64,000 nt of DNA from a virus. Position 1 is the first letter of the stretch. Every line of letters starts with the position of its first letter. The notes beneath the pieces were generated by a model that had not been told where the DNA came from, did not search any database, and saw only the letters and a list, made by a program, of their open reading frames with translations. Where the stretch lies: the IMG/VR virus record IMGVR_UViG_3300044713_000232, positions 1-64,000 of that record; one strand, 5' to 3'. The position numbers and the translations under genes are program-made. This document shows, one piece after another, positions 9,418 through 19,628 of this stretch.

Positions 9418-9953
9418 GCGTGCCTCATCGCCGGCACCACGCGCACCGGCGTCGGTCTGTCGTAGAAGCCATCGTCATCGGCGTCACCGTCGAGCTCTTC
9501 GAGCTCGAGAGCGATGGTACCGCTGCTGAGGCGCAGCCATGCGCTCCAGAGTCGATGCACAGCGGCTTCGAGCTTCGTCTCGTCGGCGCCGTCGATGGCG
9601 ACGATGAGGTTATGTTGCTTCGCGTCTTCCGCGTCGCGCACCTGCACCATCACGTACAGCCCCGCCTCGCTCTCGACGCGCGCCGCCGCGAAGGTACACC
9701 AAGCGAGGAAGTCGCTCTCGTCGGCGCCACCGAAGACGTCACCGCGCCCGAGCATGATAAGCGCCACATGGCGCTGTCGAAGATGCTGCTTCGCAAGATA
9801 GCCGTTGGTAGTCATGTTTATGTCGTCGCTTTCTGGCGCTTCTCGCGCCGATGTTTTGAGATTGATGGTGATGAGGCGCGTCAACGCTGACAGCGCCGGC
9901 GCCTTCGCACGCGCGAGCGTGGCCTCGAGTACATCGAGAGTCGGGGGCTTCAT
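9414..9953 (-). CDS. Hypothetical protein
   Basis: Likely start MKPPTL, coupled to the upstream stop. Confidence 0.5.
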   Translation of the reverse strand: MKPPTLDVLEATLARAKAPALSALTRLITINLKTSAREAPESDDINMTTNGYLAKQHLRQRHVALIMLGRGDVFGGADESDFLAWCTFAAARVESEAGLYVMVQVRDAEDAKQHNLIVAIDGADETKLEAAVHRLWSAWLRLSSGTIALELEELDGDADDDGFYDRPTPVRVVPAMRHA

Positions 9954-10158
9954 GATTGCTCTCGATGGCGCAGTGCCTTCAACTTGCACTGCGCGTGCGC
10001 GAAGAGCACCGTACCGCCGCCGTCGATGCCGTAGGTCTCTCTCGTTTTGATGGAGACCGCGCGTCCGCATAGTTGGCACGGCTCGGCGCAACACAGCGCC
10101 GCGTTATGCGCCGTAGTGAAGGTGTCGCCGCAGACGCCGCACACCCACCTGTCGCCTT

Positions 10159-10356
10159 TCATGTCTTCAGTGTCTTTCTGACGCCGCTCTTCTGCTGCAA
10201 GAGCCCCGTGCCCCCGCACACCGGGCACCTGACGGCCCGGTGGTCGGCAAGCTTGGTGGGGGGCAGCTCGATGATCTTGGCGCCCTTGCAGTTCATGCAC
10301 ATGGGCGCCTCCGGCTTGGTGTCCGGGAGATCATCGTAGTCGGGCGTCGGCGTCAT
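10159..10356 (-). CDS. Small DnaJ-type Zn-finger protein
   Basis: CMNCKG...CPVCGGTG. Confidence 0.55.
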   Translation of the reverse strand: MTPTPDYDDLPDTKPEAPMCMNCKGAKIIELPPTKLADHRAVRCPVCGGTGLLQQKSGVRKTLKT

Positions 10357-10597
10357 CTGGGTACCTTGCAGGCAACATCGACCAGTTTCGAGGCTTTACT
10401 CGTGCGGTGCAGCAGCTCACGCTCCGCGCGCTCTACGAGCTTGCAGAGCAGCCCGTTCACGGCATCGTTGACTATCGGAGCGATACACTCCTCGGCCCCA
10501 TCGTAGACGTAGGCGGTGAAGCCTATCTGGGGCTCGTAACGAATACGGATCGTCGTGCCGGCCAACGAGGCGGCCAGCTGTACCTTCTCTTCGAGGG

Positions 10598-10966
10598 TCA
10601 TCGCGCCGTAGCTCCCTTCTTGCGGTACACGCCGACGTAGCACTGAAACTGCCCGACCTCCGTCAGGGCGTAGCTGAAGGCGTTGCCCGCCGCCATGTCG
10701 GCGTGCAGCCGCTTGAAGAAAGCGCGCTTCGTCATCGCCGGTTCGGATTCGCTGCCGAACCCCGAGCTGTCGACGAAGAGCTCCTCGACTTTCTCGTACC
10801 CTGGCGGCGTGTAGCTGCCCAGGAACGGGAACGGCAACGGCTTCGTGCCCGCTTCGAGGCGGCGCAGCTCCGCGACGTCGAAGATGGCGTAGGGCTTCTT
10901 ACGCTTTTGCGAGGCTTCGCGGGCGGCGTCATCGGAAAGACTGCGGATGTACTCGGGGCTCATCAT
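10598..10966 (-). CDS. Hypothetical protein
   Basis: AAGGAG SD before MMSPEY; phage early-gene style. Confidence 0.55.
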   Translation of the reverse strand: MMSPEYIRSLSDDAAREASQKRKKPYAIFDVAELRRLEAGTKPLPFPFLGSYTPPGYEKVEELFVDSSGFGSESEPAMTKRAFFKRLHADMAAGNAFSYALTEVGQFQCYVGVYRKKGATAR

Positions 10967-11514
10967 GGCGTCGACTCCTTGGATGCAGTTGCGTTGCTGG
11001 CGGTTGCGCCCGGCGGCGTCAGCGCCGTCAGTGCGAAGCCGTGGTTGCACCCCCCGATGCTCGGGTGGCATACATGTGTGGTGTCGTCGGGCTGAAGCCC
11101 CTGTAGCGCCTCAGGTAGGCGCACGACAGCGAAGTGCTTACATAGCGGGCACTTGTGTGAGACGACACTCTCGTGGATGGCGCCCTTGGCGCGCCAGAAG
11201 AAGGTGTATCCGAGGCGCATCACGCCTCCGTGTCGACTGCGCTTGCGACGAAGTCGGCGTCGAGCTCGGGGTCGGCAGCGAGCATGCGCATCGCCGTTTG
11301 GTGCATCCATTCGTTGCGTGTCATGGCTTGTCTTTCTGCTCGAGTCTCTCGAGCTGTTTGCATGCGTGCCTGAGGAGGTCGGAGAGGAAGCTCGCTTCGA
11401 TGCGCGTGAGGTACACCGAATCGTTGCCTCCGACATCGAGCTCCACGAGGGGATCTGCGTCGATGGTGTGCTCCAACGCGATGCCGATCTCCCCGACCTT
11501 ACCGAGATGTTTCA

Positions 11515-12870
11515 TCATCGAAGCACCGTCAACCTTTCCGCGCTGCGCGTTACTGCTGTGTACTTCCAGCGCATACTCGCCTCGCGATCCATCCCAAACG
11601 TTTCTGAAACCACGAGCACGTCGGGCCACCCGGACCCCTGGCTCTTGTGGCACGTCATCGCGTAGCCGAAGTCAAACAACGAGCCGAGCATGTCCCAGCT
11701 GTAGGCCTCGATGCCGCTCTCGTCGCGCGCCTCGTCGGGGTCCTTGAACGTCTTATCGCGATTGAACTGCAAACCGCACATCCTGAAGTCCTGCGCGGCG
11801 AGCCCCTCCTCGGGGAACTCGATAGAGGCTCTGTAGAGCCACGGCGTCGGGTCGGCATTGGGATCCTTAGGAACCACTTGCGCGCTATCAGCGAGTAGAT
11901 ACCCACGCATGCCGTTGAAGACACCGAAGCTTTTCTGGTTCCGCAGGCATACGACAAGCTCCGACGCTGCCGGCGGGCCCCTCAGGGCCCGGGCCTTGCG
12001 TGCCAGTCCGTTCAGCCCCACGCGACGCTTGTTCGTATAGCAGATGAGCGCGCTGTCAAAGAGAGCGTCGCGCGTCATGCCTCGCTTGAAGCGCGCCTCG
12101 ACTTCACGGGGGATGTCTCTCAAGCTGCCGAATCTGACACGCGCGCCGTCGGCGAAGCGCGTATCGTAGTCGCCGGTCTCGCGAATCGCTTTGCTCAAAG
12201 CGATGATGGGGTTGCCCTCGGCTTGGCGGTGGATGCGCTCCAGCCGAATGTCGGGGCGCTGCATCAGACTGCCGGTGCCTGACACGGGCGGCAGCTGGCC
12301 GTGGTCGCCGACGGCGAGAATCGGCAGGTCGAAGCGCCTGATGTCGGCAAGCATGTCATCTGACACCATTGACGCCTCGTCGACGACGATGAGGTCGTAG
12401 GCTCTATCGAGTTCCGTGCGCAGCGAGAAGCGTTTCTCGTGGCAGATCTCACACGGCCTCTTGACGGGCGCTTCCCCCTTCTTCCGCGGCTCCGTGCATG
12501 GGCACGGGCGGTAGATGAGGCTGTGGATGGTACCGCAGAAGTGCCTTCCCCCGAAGTCGGCGCCGTCGCGCTTCTCTTTCGCAGTGAGAATCTTGTTCGT
12601 CGTGGCGATGCCCGCGGCTTGCAGCTTGCGAGACAGCACGCTCGATGCTTTGCCGGTGAAGGCGACGAAGGCGATGAGACAGTCGGCCTCGGTGGCGAAG
12701 ACGGAGAGGAGCGTCGTCTTCCCGGTACCGGCGTAGCCCCCCATCGTCAGCGTGCCTCGCCCGCCGCGCCCACCGTCGCCGCTGATGGGCACGTCGCCGA
12801 CCCAGTCGGCGATGGTTTCGTAGGCTTCGAGCTGGTCGGGGGAGAGATCACTACGCGTTAGAGGCATCAC
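11515..12870 (-). CDS. RecD/Dda-like SF1B helicase
   Basis: GYAGTGKTT, VDEASMV, GDHGQLPPV, YAMTCHKSQGS, YTAVTRS. Confidence 0.92.
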   Translation of the reverse strand: MMPLTRSDLSPDQLEAYETIADWVGDVPISGDGGRGGRGTLTMGGYAGTGKTTLLSVFATEADCLIAFVAFTGKASSVLSRKLQAAGIATTNKILTAKEKRDGADFGGRHFCGTIHSLIYRPCPCTEPRKKGEAPVKRPCEICHEKRFSLRTELDRAYDLIVVDEASMVSDDMLADIRRFDLPILAVGDHGQLPPVSGTGSLMQRPDIRLERIHRQAEGNPIIALSKAIRETGDYDTRFADGARVRFGSLRDIPREVEARFKRGMTRDALFDSALICYTNKRRVGLNGLARKARALRGPPAASELVVCLRNQKSFGVFNGMRGYLLADSAQVVPKDPNADPTPWLYRASIEFPEEGLAAQDFRMCGLQFNRDKTFKDPDEARDESGIEAYSWDMLGSLFDFGYAMTCHKSQGSGWPDVLVVSETFGMDREASMRWKYTAVTRSAERLTVLR

Positions 12871-13184
12871 GCCCCTCCTTTCAATTGCCTGGCGCCGCCA
12901 CCGGCAAGCGCACCCTTGTTGTGCAGCGCCGCGCCTGCGCGCCGCCCCGCCTCGCGCGCCGCGCCGTTGACGTTGCTTTGAATCCGACGGGACCCCTTCT
13001 GTTTACCGTCGTCTTTGAACTTACCGGGGCGAAGCTTGCGGTGCAGCTCCGTCGCCGTGTCGAGGCGCGATGCGAGCACCATCGCGGCGCTGGAGCCGCT
13101 AGTCGCCGTGTGCGCCTGCACGGCGCCTTTGCGCGTTTGATACATCGCATCGATGACACCGTCGACAGCGCCCTTACGGTGCAC
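12867..13184 (-). CDS. Hypothetical protein, possibly a C-terminal remnant of a DUF2786-like protein
   Basis: Ends A..AG..AG..L....L.GG..RQL, a C-terminus common in that phage family; N-terminal part appears absent. Confidence 0.35.
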   Translation of the reverse strand: MHRKGAVDGVIDAMYQTRKGAVQAHTATSGSSAAMVLASRLDTATELHRKLRPGKFKDDGKQKGSRRIQSNVNGAAREAGRRAGAALHNKGALAGGGARQLKGGA

Positions 13185-13617
13185 TACGCCGCGCGCATTC
13201 GGGCCCCATTCCCTTCGCGATGCTTTCCGGCGTCGTCAGGCGTCTGCCGCACCTTCCGCAGGTGCCTTCGTGCCACACCTCAAGATCTTCTGGCAGCTTG
13301 CCGTCGCGCAGGTGAAACCAGCTCCACGCGAAAGCCATGGCGCTCGGCGCGGCGGCATCGATAGTACTCTTGCGCCCCCGCATGTAGTAGCGGTCCCGCG
13401 TGTAGATCTGGCCGAGGTAGACGTAGTCGGCGCCGTTGTCGGGCCCCATCAGCACCGCGACGAAGCGGATGTTGTCGCCTTCGGCTGGCGCCTTGATGCG
13501 ATACGTGAAGCGCGCGCCAGTCTTGCGGCTCACGAGAGTCACGATAGCGTGCCCGCCGAGTATGTAGGCGCAAGCGTCGGATGCTCGCGTGAAGCGCGCG
13601 CCGCCGCCGTCAGTCAT
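13174..13617 (-). CDS. DUF6011-like Zn-finger protein
   Basis: EVWHEGTCGRCGRRLTTPESIAKGMGPEC. Confidence 0.75.
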   Translation of the reverse strand: MTDGGGARFTRASDACAYILGGHAIVTLVSRKTGARFTYRIKAPAEGDNIRFVAVLMGPDNGADYVYLGQIYTRDRYYMRGRKSTIDAAAPSAMAFAWSWFHLRDGKLPEDLEVWHEGTCGRCGRRLTTPESIAKGMGPECARRSAP

Positions 13618-14248
13618 GGTAGTCACACGGGCGCGGCGCGCCACACTTGCAACATAGGTCGGGGTGCGCGGGCGTTCTGAAGAACGCCATCAGCGCCGAC
13701 GGCGCTTCAGGCTGCGCAGCCGCATGCTCCGGGGCGCCACCGTCGACGTCTTTGACGAGCGGGTATCGCTCGACGTTCCATTCCGCGCGTCCCTCCTCGT
13801 CGAGGTATCCGAACCGTTCCTCCTCGCCGCCTTGAGATCCGTACGCAAGGCCCGGTTCGGCGCGTAGGCGCGCCGCATAGCTATCGGCGCTGAACGACTC
13901 CAAAGGCTGCGCGCACCCGTATGAGACGCACGCCTCGACTAGAACAAGCTCGCATCGTGGCCCTTCGGCAACCAAGTCGCCGCTATGCGGACAGATGATC
14001 CCTTCCGGGGAGGCCGCTAGGCCTACCCAGTCGAGCGCGCTTTTTAGCGACAAGTCGCCCAAGTCGACGCGTTTGACCTCGCACACGTATTGCGCCTGCC
14101 CGTCGCGCTTGCACTCTTCCTCCCCGCAAGCGTCGTACATGTTCATGAAGTCGATCACGTAGTAGCTCCCGTCGAGAGCGCGTCGCGCCCACTTGCCCCC
14201 GTACTCGGGCCAGTTGACGTCGGAACCTATGTCGATCCAGCCCTTCAT
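13610..14248 (-). CDS. Hypothetical protein with C-terminal Cys/His cassette shared with 62611..63099
   Basis: Ends ALMAFFRTPAHPDLCCKCGAPRPCDYHD. Confidence 0.6.
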   Translation of the reverse strand: MKGWIDIGSDVNWPEYGGKWARRALDGSYYVIDFMNMYDACGEEECKRDGQAQYVCEVKRVDLGDLSLKSALDWVGLAASPEGIICPHSGDLVAEGPRCELVLVEACVSYGCAQPLESFSADSYAARLRAEPGLAYGSQGGEEERFGYLDEEGRAEWNVERYPLVKDVDGGAPEHAAAQPEAPSALMAFFRTPAHPDLCCKCGAPRPCDYHD

Positions 14249-15176
14249 AGCTACACCTGCATTCCGTCTTCAAAGCGCCGCACACGGTGCGGCTCCGGGC
14301 CCGTGAGATACCACTCACGCTTTGCTTGGTGCACGCCGACGTTAGGTACGCCCGGCGAGGTACGCGAGCGCTTCGCTATACGCGCTGGCGACGGTCGTGG
14401 GTTGAAAGGTACGCGGATTCGAGCTCATGTCAGTCCTTCGTTAGTAGCCCTGTTTCCTGCCTTCAAAGAGCATGACAGCCCTCCTTTGCATCGGTCAACG
14501 CTCGCGTGCAGGCGAATGCTGACCGATACACCGGACGCGCGCGATGCGAACGTGAGCTCCGACGTGCCAATCGTCGTAGCTTGTCGCACCGGAGAGGCAA
14601 CTAGCGCCGTTACGCTTGCCGCCTCTTGCCCTAACGCGCTTGCGCGCGTCCGATATCCTCGGGCTTTGCATCATTCCTTGGGTCGCGTGGTTCCGCCACG
14701 CCGTTCGGGCTTTCATTCTTAGTGCCCCGGGCTTCCGGGCGTTTGGGTAGCCGATCGACTAACGGAGTCAGTCAACTAGCCCCTTCGCGCCAGCCCCACC
14801 CTTTGCGACGCTACGCACGCCGCACGCGGGATGTGGATGCTATGGCCGTCGCGCCGCCCCTTCGCGTGGGGCGTATCGCCGAAGCATACCCTGCACTGCC
14901 GAGCACCGAAGGCTTTCCCTTCGATCGGACCCCGTGCTGAGCGGGCGGGGAGTCGCGCTCCCCATTCGGGACTGGTTACCCTGCCTCGGCGCCTACTGCG
15001 CGCCGTCGTGTCTCTCGTGAGTACGCGGGGAAGCGAGACGCCCTTCCCACGCGCGCCCCGTTTTCGCGGGGCCCCTCGGGCGCCTTTTCCGTCGCGCCGT
15101 CACAAGGGGATGATGCACCCCCCGTGCCACGGCTAAGTGCACGAAAAGCCGAGCGCGACTTTGCCCTAGGCGCGAA

Positions 15177-15449
15177 GCGTACGCACCTCCCCGCGTAGCC
15201 GCGTACGCACCTACGCGCCTCGGCGCGTCGGCAAAAGGGCGTGCCAGGCTCGTGCGGGTTTTCATGCGACAAGGTGGGTGCGACTCCTACCTCAGCCGTA
15301 GCGCGCCAGCCGCGCCAGAAAACGCGCACGAGCGCCGAAGCCTCCCCCCTGCCCCCGCGCCCGCCGACGTCGCCACGAGACTAGAGCGCCTCCCCGCGCG
15401 CCAGAAACCCGCACGAGCGCCCCTGACCCCCCTGGCCCCCGGGGGCCCC
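15177..15449. repeat. Direct and inverted repeats upstream of the recombinase (candidate att/res site or origin)
   Basis: GCGTACGCACCT at 15177 and 15201; CGCGCCAGAAA..CGCACGAGCGCC at 15311 and 15397; perfect 14-bp inverted pair 15248..15261 / 15405..15418; four C-runs at 15420..15449. Confidence 0.6.
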
Positions 15450-15570
15450 GGGGAGCCTTTATCCGCCTTTCCCACACACGAGAATACCGGCAAAACCCTT
15501 GCCAACGGCCTTCGCGCGAGGGTATTCTCAGCTAACAGCTATTAGCCTGACGTTACAATCGGAGGCCGTT

Positions 15571-16530
15571 TTGGACGAAAAAAGCAGTAAAATCATACAC
15601 TTAGATGATACTTCGCACGGGGCGGAGCTCGTATCACGTAGGAATCCGGAGGATAACTACGTCGGGAGGCTCCACACCCTCGCCGCGAAGCGCACCGGTA
15701 GGCAGGCGATAGCCCGCTTTAGGACTGTTTACGGGCTTCCTCCCTCCTTTAGTGACTGGGGAAGGCTAGATTCGGCCGCCGCGGGGGCTATTCGCGATGC
15801 TTTACTGAGCTCCCCAAAGAGGTACAGCCCCAAAACGGTCGCCGTCACGCTCGCTGCACTGCGCGGGGTGATGGGGGAGAGCTTCGATCTGGGGTTGATT
15901 ACGGCCGAAGAGTACGCGAAGGCCATGCGTAAGCTCAAAGCGCCACGCGGAAAGCGCATGCTTACGGCTCGGGAGATACCTGCGGAGGAGTTGAGGCGCC
16001 TCCGAACGTGGCTTGAGGGTCTCCCCGGGGCCTACGGGGCCGCCCTGCGGGCCATATTCACCGTCCTGATTGATGGCGGGCTGCGCGCCAGAGAGCTCTG
16101 CGAGCTCCCCGTGGCAGCGTATACGGGTGCCGGGCTGCGCTTCATCCGTAAGGGTGACAAGGAATCTACGGTCCCGCTCAACAAGCGGGCTCGCGGCGAT
16201 GTGGAAGCATGGCTCGAGGCGCGCGCGGAGGAGGGGATCACGACACCGCACCTGTTCGCGCGTGTACAACGAGGGTTCATCATCGACCGACCGCTCAACG
16301 TGAGCGCTGTGGAGTACCTCTGCGACTGCGCCGCCGAGGAAGCCGGGGTACCGCGCATCAAACCGCACGACTGCCGACGCACACTGGCGACCGCGTTACT
16401 GCGCAAGGGAGTGGATGTCTTCATCGTGCAGGACATCCTAGGGCACGCGAGCTCCAAAACGACGGAGCTGTACGATATGCGCGGCGCGGATGATGTCGCT
16501 AAGGCGCGCGACGCCGTCGAGATCTGGTAG
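15571..16530 (+). CDS. Tyrosine recombinase (integrase or resolvase)
   Basis: GLRAREL, RKGDK, HDCRRT, LGHAS, TTELYD; TTG 15571 follows GGAGG and TACAAT. Confidence 0.92.
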   Translation: MDEKSSKIIHLDDTSHGAELVSRRNPEDNYVGRLHTLAAKRTGRQAIARFRTVYGLPPSFSDWGRLDSAAAGAIRDALLSSPKRYSPKTVAVTLAALRGVMGESFDLGLITAEEYAKAMRKLKAPRGKRMLTAREIPAEELRRLRTWLEGLPGAYGAALRAIFTVLIDGGLRARELCELPVAAYTGAGLRFIRKGDKESTVPLNKRARGDVEAWLEARAEEGITTPHLFARVQRGFIIDRPLNVSAVEYLCDCAAEEAGVPRIKPHDCRRTLATALLRKGVDVFIVQDILGHASSKTTELYDMRGADDVAKARDAVEIW

Positions 16531-17146
16531 GCGTCAACAGAAAACCTAGCGTCACGCGACTCAACGCTATGAACTCGTTCACTCTGAGCCCCAAAGCAGA
16601 ACGCGAGTACTCCTCGCGCCTTTTTGGGGAGAAGAGGTCCAACGGATCGAGCAGTGCCGCAGTAGCAGCATCGATCCGACCGCCGGTGAGGTATGGGATG
16701 ATGAGCAGCGCGTCTCCGGCCTCTGCGGCGCGCAGCGGTTTCGCCGGATTCAACGTGCCGCATTCGACGAATAACGAACCGTCTTCCGCGCACACGTCTG
16801 CCCAGCCGCCGGAGTACGCGCACCCCGACGCGCCGTCCACCCGCGCCTTCTTGTTGAGTGCATACGCGATGTATAGGCATAACTCTCGGTGCTTCCGTGT
16901 CCTACCAGAGAAGTTGGCTAGGAATCTATCGTCATCTAGTAGCTCCAACTCTTCTTGCGGTACTACATGCGGCATCGACAGGACACGGAGGACTACATCG
17001 CCGTTGTCGATCGTGTCGGCGAGTGGTGCAGCGTAGTAGTCTGGCGCAGGATCGTAACCGGGGCCGTCGTTCAACACCTCGGCAACGACAACGTCGATGG
17101 TCGCGCGCTCGCCGAACGGTTCGATGCAGCGGCGGAACGTTTTCAC
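16499..17146 (-). CDS. Hypothetical protein, possibly PD-(D/E)xK-like
   Basis: WADV.....FVECG resembles a nuclease motif; coupled to the upstream gene. Confidence 0.4.
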   Translation of the reverse strand: MKTFRRCIEPFGERATIDVVVAEVLNDGPGYDPAPDYYAAPLADTIDNGDVVLRVLSMPHVVPQEELELLDDDRFLANFSGRTRKHRELCLYIAYALNKKARVDGASGCAYSGGWADVCAEDGSLFVECGTLNPAKPLRAAEAGDALLIIPYLTGGRIDAATAALLDPLDLFSPKRREEYSRSALGLRVNEFIALSRVTLGFLLTPTRSRRRRAP

Positions 17147-18177
17147 AGCACCGGCGCCGGGCACAACGCGAGCCACTGTTGCAGCTGCCCTGCTGTGAGC
17201 TCGATCTCGTCTGTCTCCACACGCGCAATGTAGCTCGGAGGCACCGACATCGCATCAGCGAGTGCTTCTTGCGTCAGTCCTGCGTGCTCGCGGCGGTAGC
17301 GCAGCTTGATGCCGACGTTGCGCGCGTTGCGAAGCGCATCGATGTGCACGCGGGTATCGAGCTGCGTCTCGCGCGGCTCTTGGTTGTCAACGGTGAAGCC
17401 GAGCTCCGCGAGGTGTCTGTCGAGGGCGCTCCTGTAACCGAAGCTGCCCCAGTGCACAAGGCGCGTGCTGATGTCGAGATACGACTGCCCCCCGATGGCT
17501 TTGAAGCGCTGCCCTATGACGATGTCGTCGCTTTGCCAGATGCCGTCCTTGTTGACGGCGTTGTCGAAGAGCATCATGCCGGGGTACGCTGACATCAGCG
17601 CTTCGATAGCGGCGCGGCTCATGGCGAAGAAGCCACCACCGACCCAATCGGCTTCGATGAACTGGTGCCCGAGGCACTTGAAGCCCCGCAGCTGCTTGCC
17701 GACGAAGTCGTGGTTCACGGGGATGTTGCCGCAGTAGTGCGGGGCAGCATCCTCGATACACTCTTCGTAGCTTTTGCCTGCGTCGGCGCATGCTGCGCGA
17801 AACGCTAGGGGATTCAGAGAGCGCTCGGCGTAGCTGCCACCGCTGAAGTGACTGCGCCCCGACAGGATGCTGCCGACGACTGCCTTCGCATCCTCGAGAC
17901 GGAACTCGGTGTCGTCGTCGAAGCTGAAGTAGACATCGTCGTCGCGCCCGCCGCCGGTGCGAGAGTGGCTCCACTTGAGGAATTCGTCGGCAAGTACGCT
18001 GCGCGCGAGATACAACGGGCACCGGCGGCTTCGCGTCGGCAGCGGCGCATCTGTGGCGTTGGCGAGCAGTAAGTCGCGGAACTCGTAGCAGCGCTTCTCG
18101 ATGTTCTCGGGGAGGCCTCTCAGCGAGGGGCAACAGATGAAGACGCCGGGGACGGCGTCGGGGGGCATGAGCGACAT
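17143..18177 (-). CDS. GT-A glycosyltransferase-like domain fused to a C-terminal XRE helix-turn-helix
   Basis: ARS.L, FDDD, GGGFFAMSR, SDD..IG.RF...GG..YLD....LVHWG; then LRYRREHAGLTQEALA....VPPSYIARVET. Confidence 0.7.
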   Translation of the reverse strand: MSLMPPDAVPGVFICCPSLRGLPENIEKRCYEFRDLLLANATDAPLPTRSRRCPLYLARSVLADEFLKWSHSRTGGGRDDDVYFSFDDDTEFRLEDAKAVVGSILSGRSHFSGGSYAERSLNPLAFRAACADAGKSYEECIEDAAPHYCGNIPVNHDFVGKQLRGFKCLGHQFIEADWVGGGFFAMSRAAIEALMSAYPGMMLFDNAVNKDGIWQSDDIVIGQRFKAIGGQSYLDISTRLVHWGSFGYRSALDRHLAELGFTVDNQEPRETQLDTRVHIDALRNARNVGIKLRYRREHAGLTQEALADAMSVPPSYIARVETDEIELTAGQLQQWLALCPAPVL

Positions 18178-18488
18178 CAGCTCCTCACTTTGATGGGGTT
18201 CTCAGGGTCGATGGTGATGCCGTTCTCGGTACACCACTTCACGTAGTCGGGGTCGGGCTTCATCAGGATGTAGACGCTGCCGCTGGCGGTAGTGACGCGG
18301 CGCCCTCTTGCGGAGACGACTTCGCTCGTCAGCACCTTGTAGTCAGCTAGCCGCGAATCTGGCTCGGGATCCCTGTAGCCCCTGAGACAGAGCCCCCCGC
18401 ATTCCGGCGCGAGGTACGGATCGCGGTAGGTGCTCCACTTGTGGAGTTTGTAGACACGCTCGAGGGTCTGTTTTGCTTCCTCACGCAT
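18177..18488 (-). CDS. Hypothetical protein
   Basis: Coupled ORF; VTTASGSVYIL. Confidence 0.55.
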   Translation of the reverse strand: MREEAKQTLERVYKLHKWSTYRDPYLAPECGGLCLRGYRDPEPDSRLADYKVLTSEVVSARGRRVTTASGSVYILMKPDPDYVKWCTENGITIDPENPIKVRS

Positions 18489-19628
18489 TAGCGCTCCCAG
18501 GTAGTGAGAATCACCGGCAAGTGCGAAACGCTGCTACTGTACTCACGCGTGCGCCAGCCGCTTGATGGCGGTACGCCCTCTTCGATGGCGGTACCTTCGG
18601 GGTAGTTGCCGGTGTCTGGTAGATCCCACGGCGGCGCGCCGTCGTCGTCGAGCGCCGCGAGCTGCATCGACGTCGCCTCCGTCGTCGGGGGCGCCTCTGG
18701 CGCCGCAGGCGGTGCGAAGATGTCTTCGGGCGCTACCACACCACACTCGTAGCAGTGCGACACTACGGGGCCGCGTACACGCCTGGAGTGCGTACACTCC
18801 ATAACAAGTAGCAGCGTCTTCTTCGCCGCGGGCGGCTTCTTGCGCTTCTTGCGAGACATGTCGACTCCCTTTCGAGTCGATGCTAAGTCGCGCCGAGCCG
18901 TTGCGCTAGTAGCTAAGGCGTTTCTGTTTCGTCGCCAGCAGGCGCTTCCGGCGCGCCTTCGGGGGCGTCTTCGCCCTCGAGCTCGCTGATGATGTCGTCG
19001 CCGATGTAGAGGTCGCCTTCCGACATGTAGGCGAAGACAGCGTCGCACTCGGCTTCGTAGGCATCCTCGACGATGGTGTGCGCGGTGGTGTGCGCGACAC
19101 GCACCCAGAGCCCCTCACCGTTGCCGTAGGGCACCCAGAGAAAGCAGTCGTTCGCTCGCCGGATCATCCCGGCGAGCTCGCGCGGCGTCACGACATCCGA
19201 AGCTTCTTCGTCGGGCATAGCGTCAGTCCTCCTCCGTGGCGTCATCGTCGTAGGCGTCGCGCAGTTTCTCCGCGCGCGTCTCGATGTCTTTGATCTTGCT
19301 GCGTGCGCGCTTGGTGCGCGAAGAGACCTCGCGCGCGCCAGCGTCGACGTCCTCAAAGACGGCGTCGAGCGCGCGCCCCACGGCCTTGACGCCGGTGGCG
19401 TAGAAGCTACGCAGGAGGTGCTTTGCGGCGGGGTGCATGGGGTTAGCCTAGCATGTCAACGGAACAGCCACGAGGCGCACTCCTTCACTACGTGCGGGTA
19501 GCCACACGAGGCGCCAGCGGTGTAGCTAATCGCTACCACCGTCAGCAGAAAGAGCAGGAAGTTGCGGCACCCGCGGGGTTCGTCGTGGGTATCAGTCTCG
19601 TAGTCGCTCTGCAACGGGTACCTCATTC

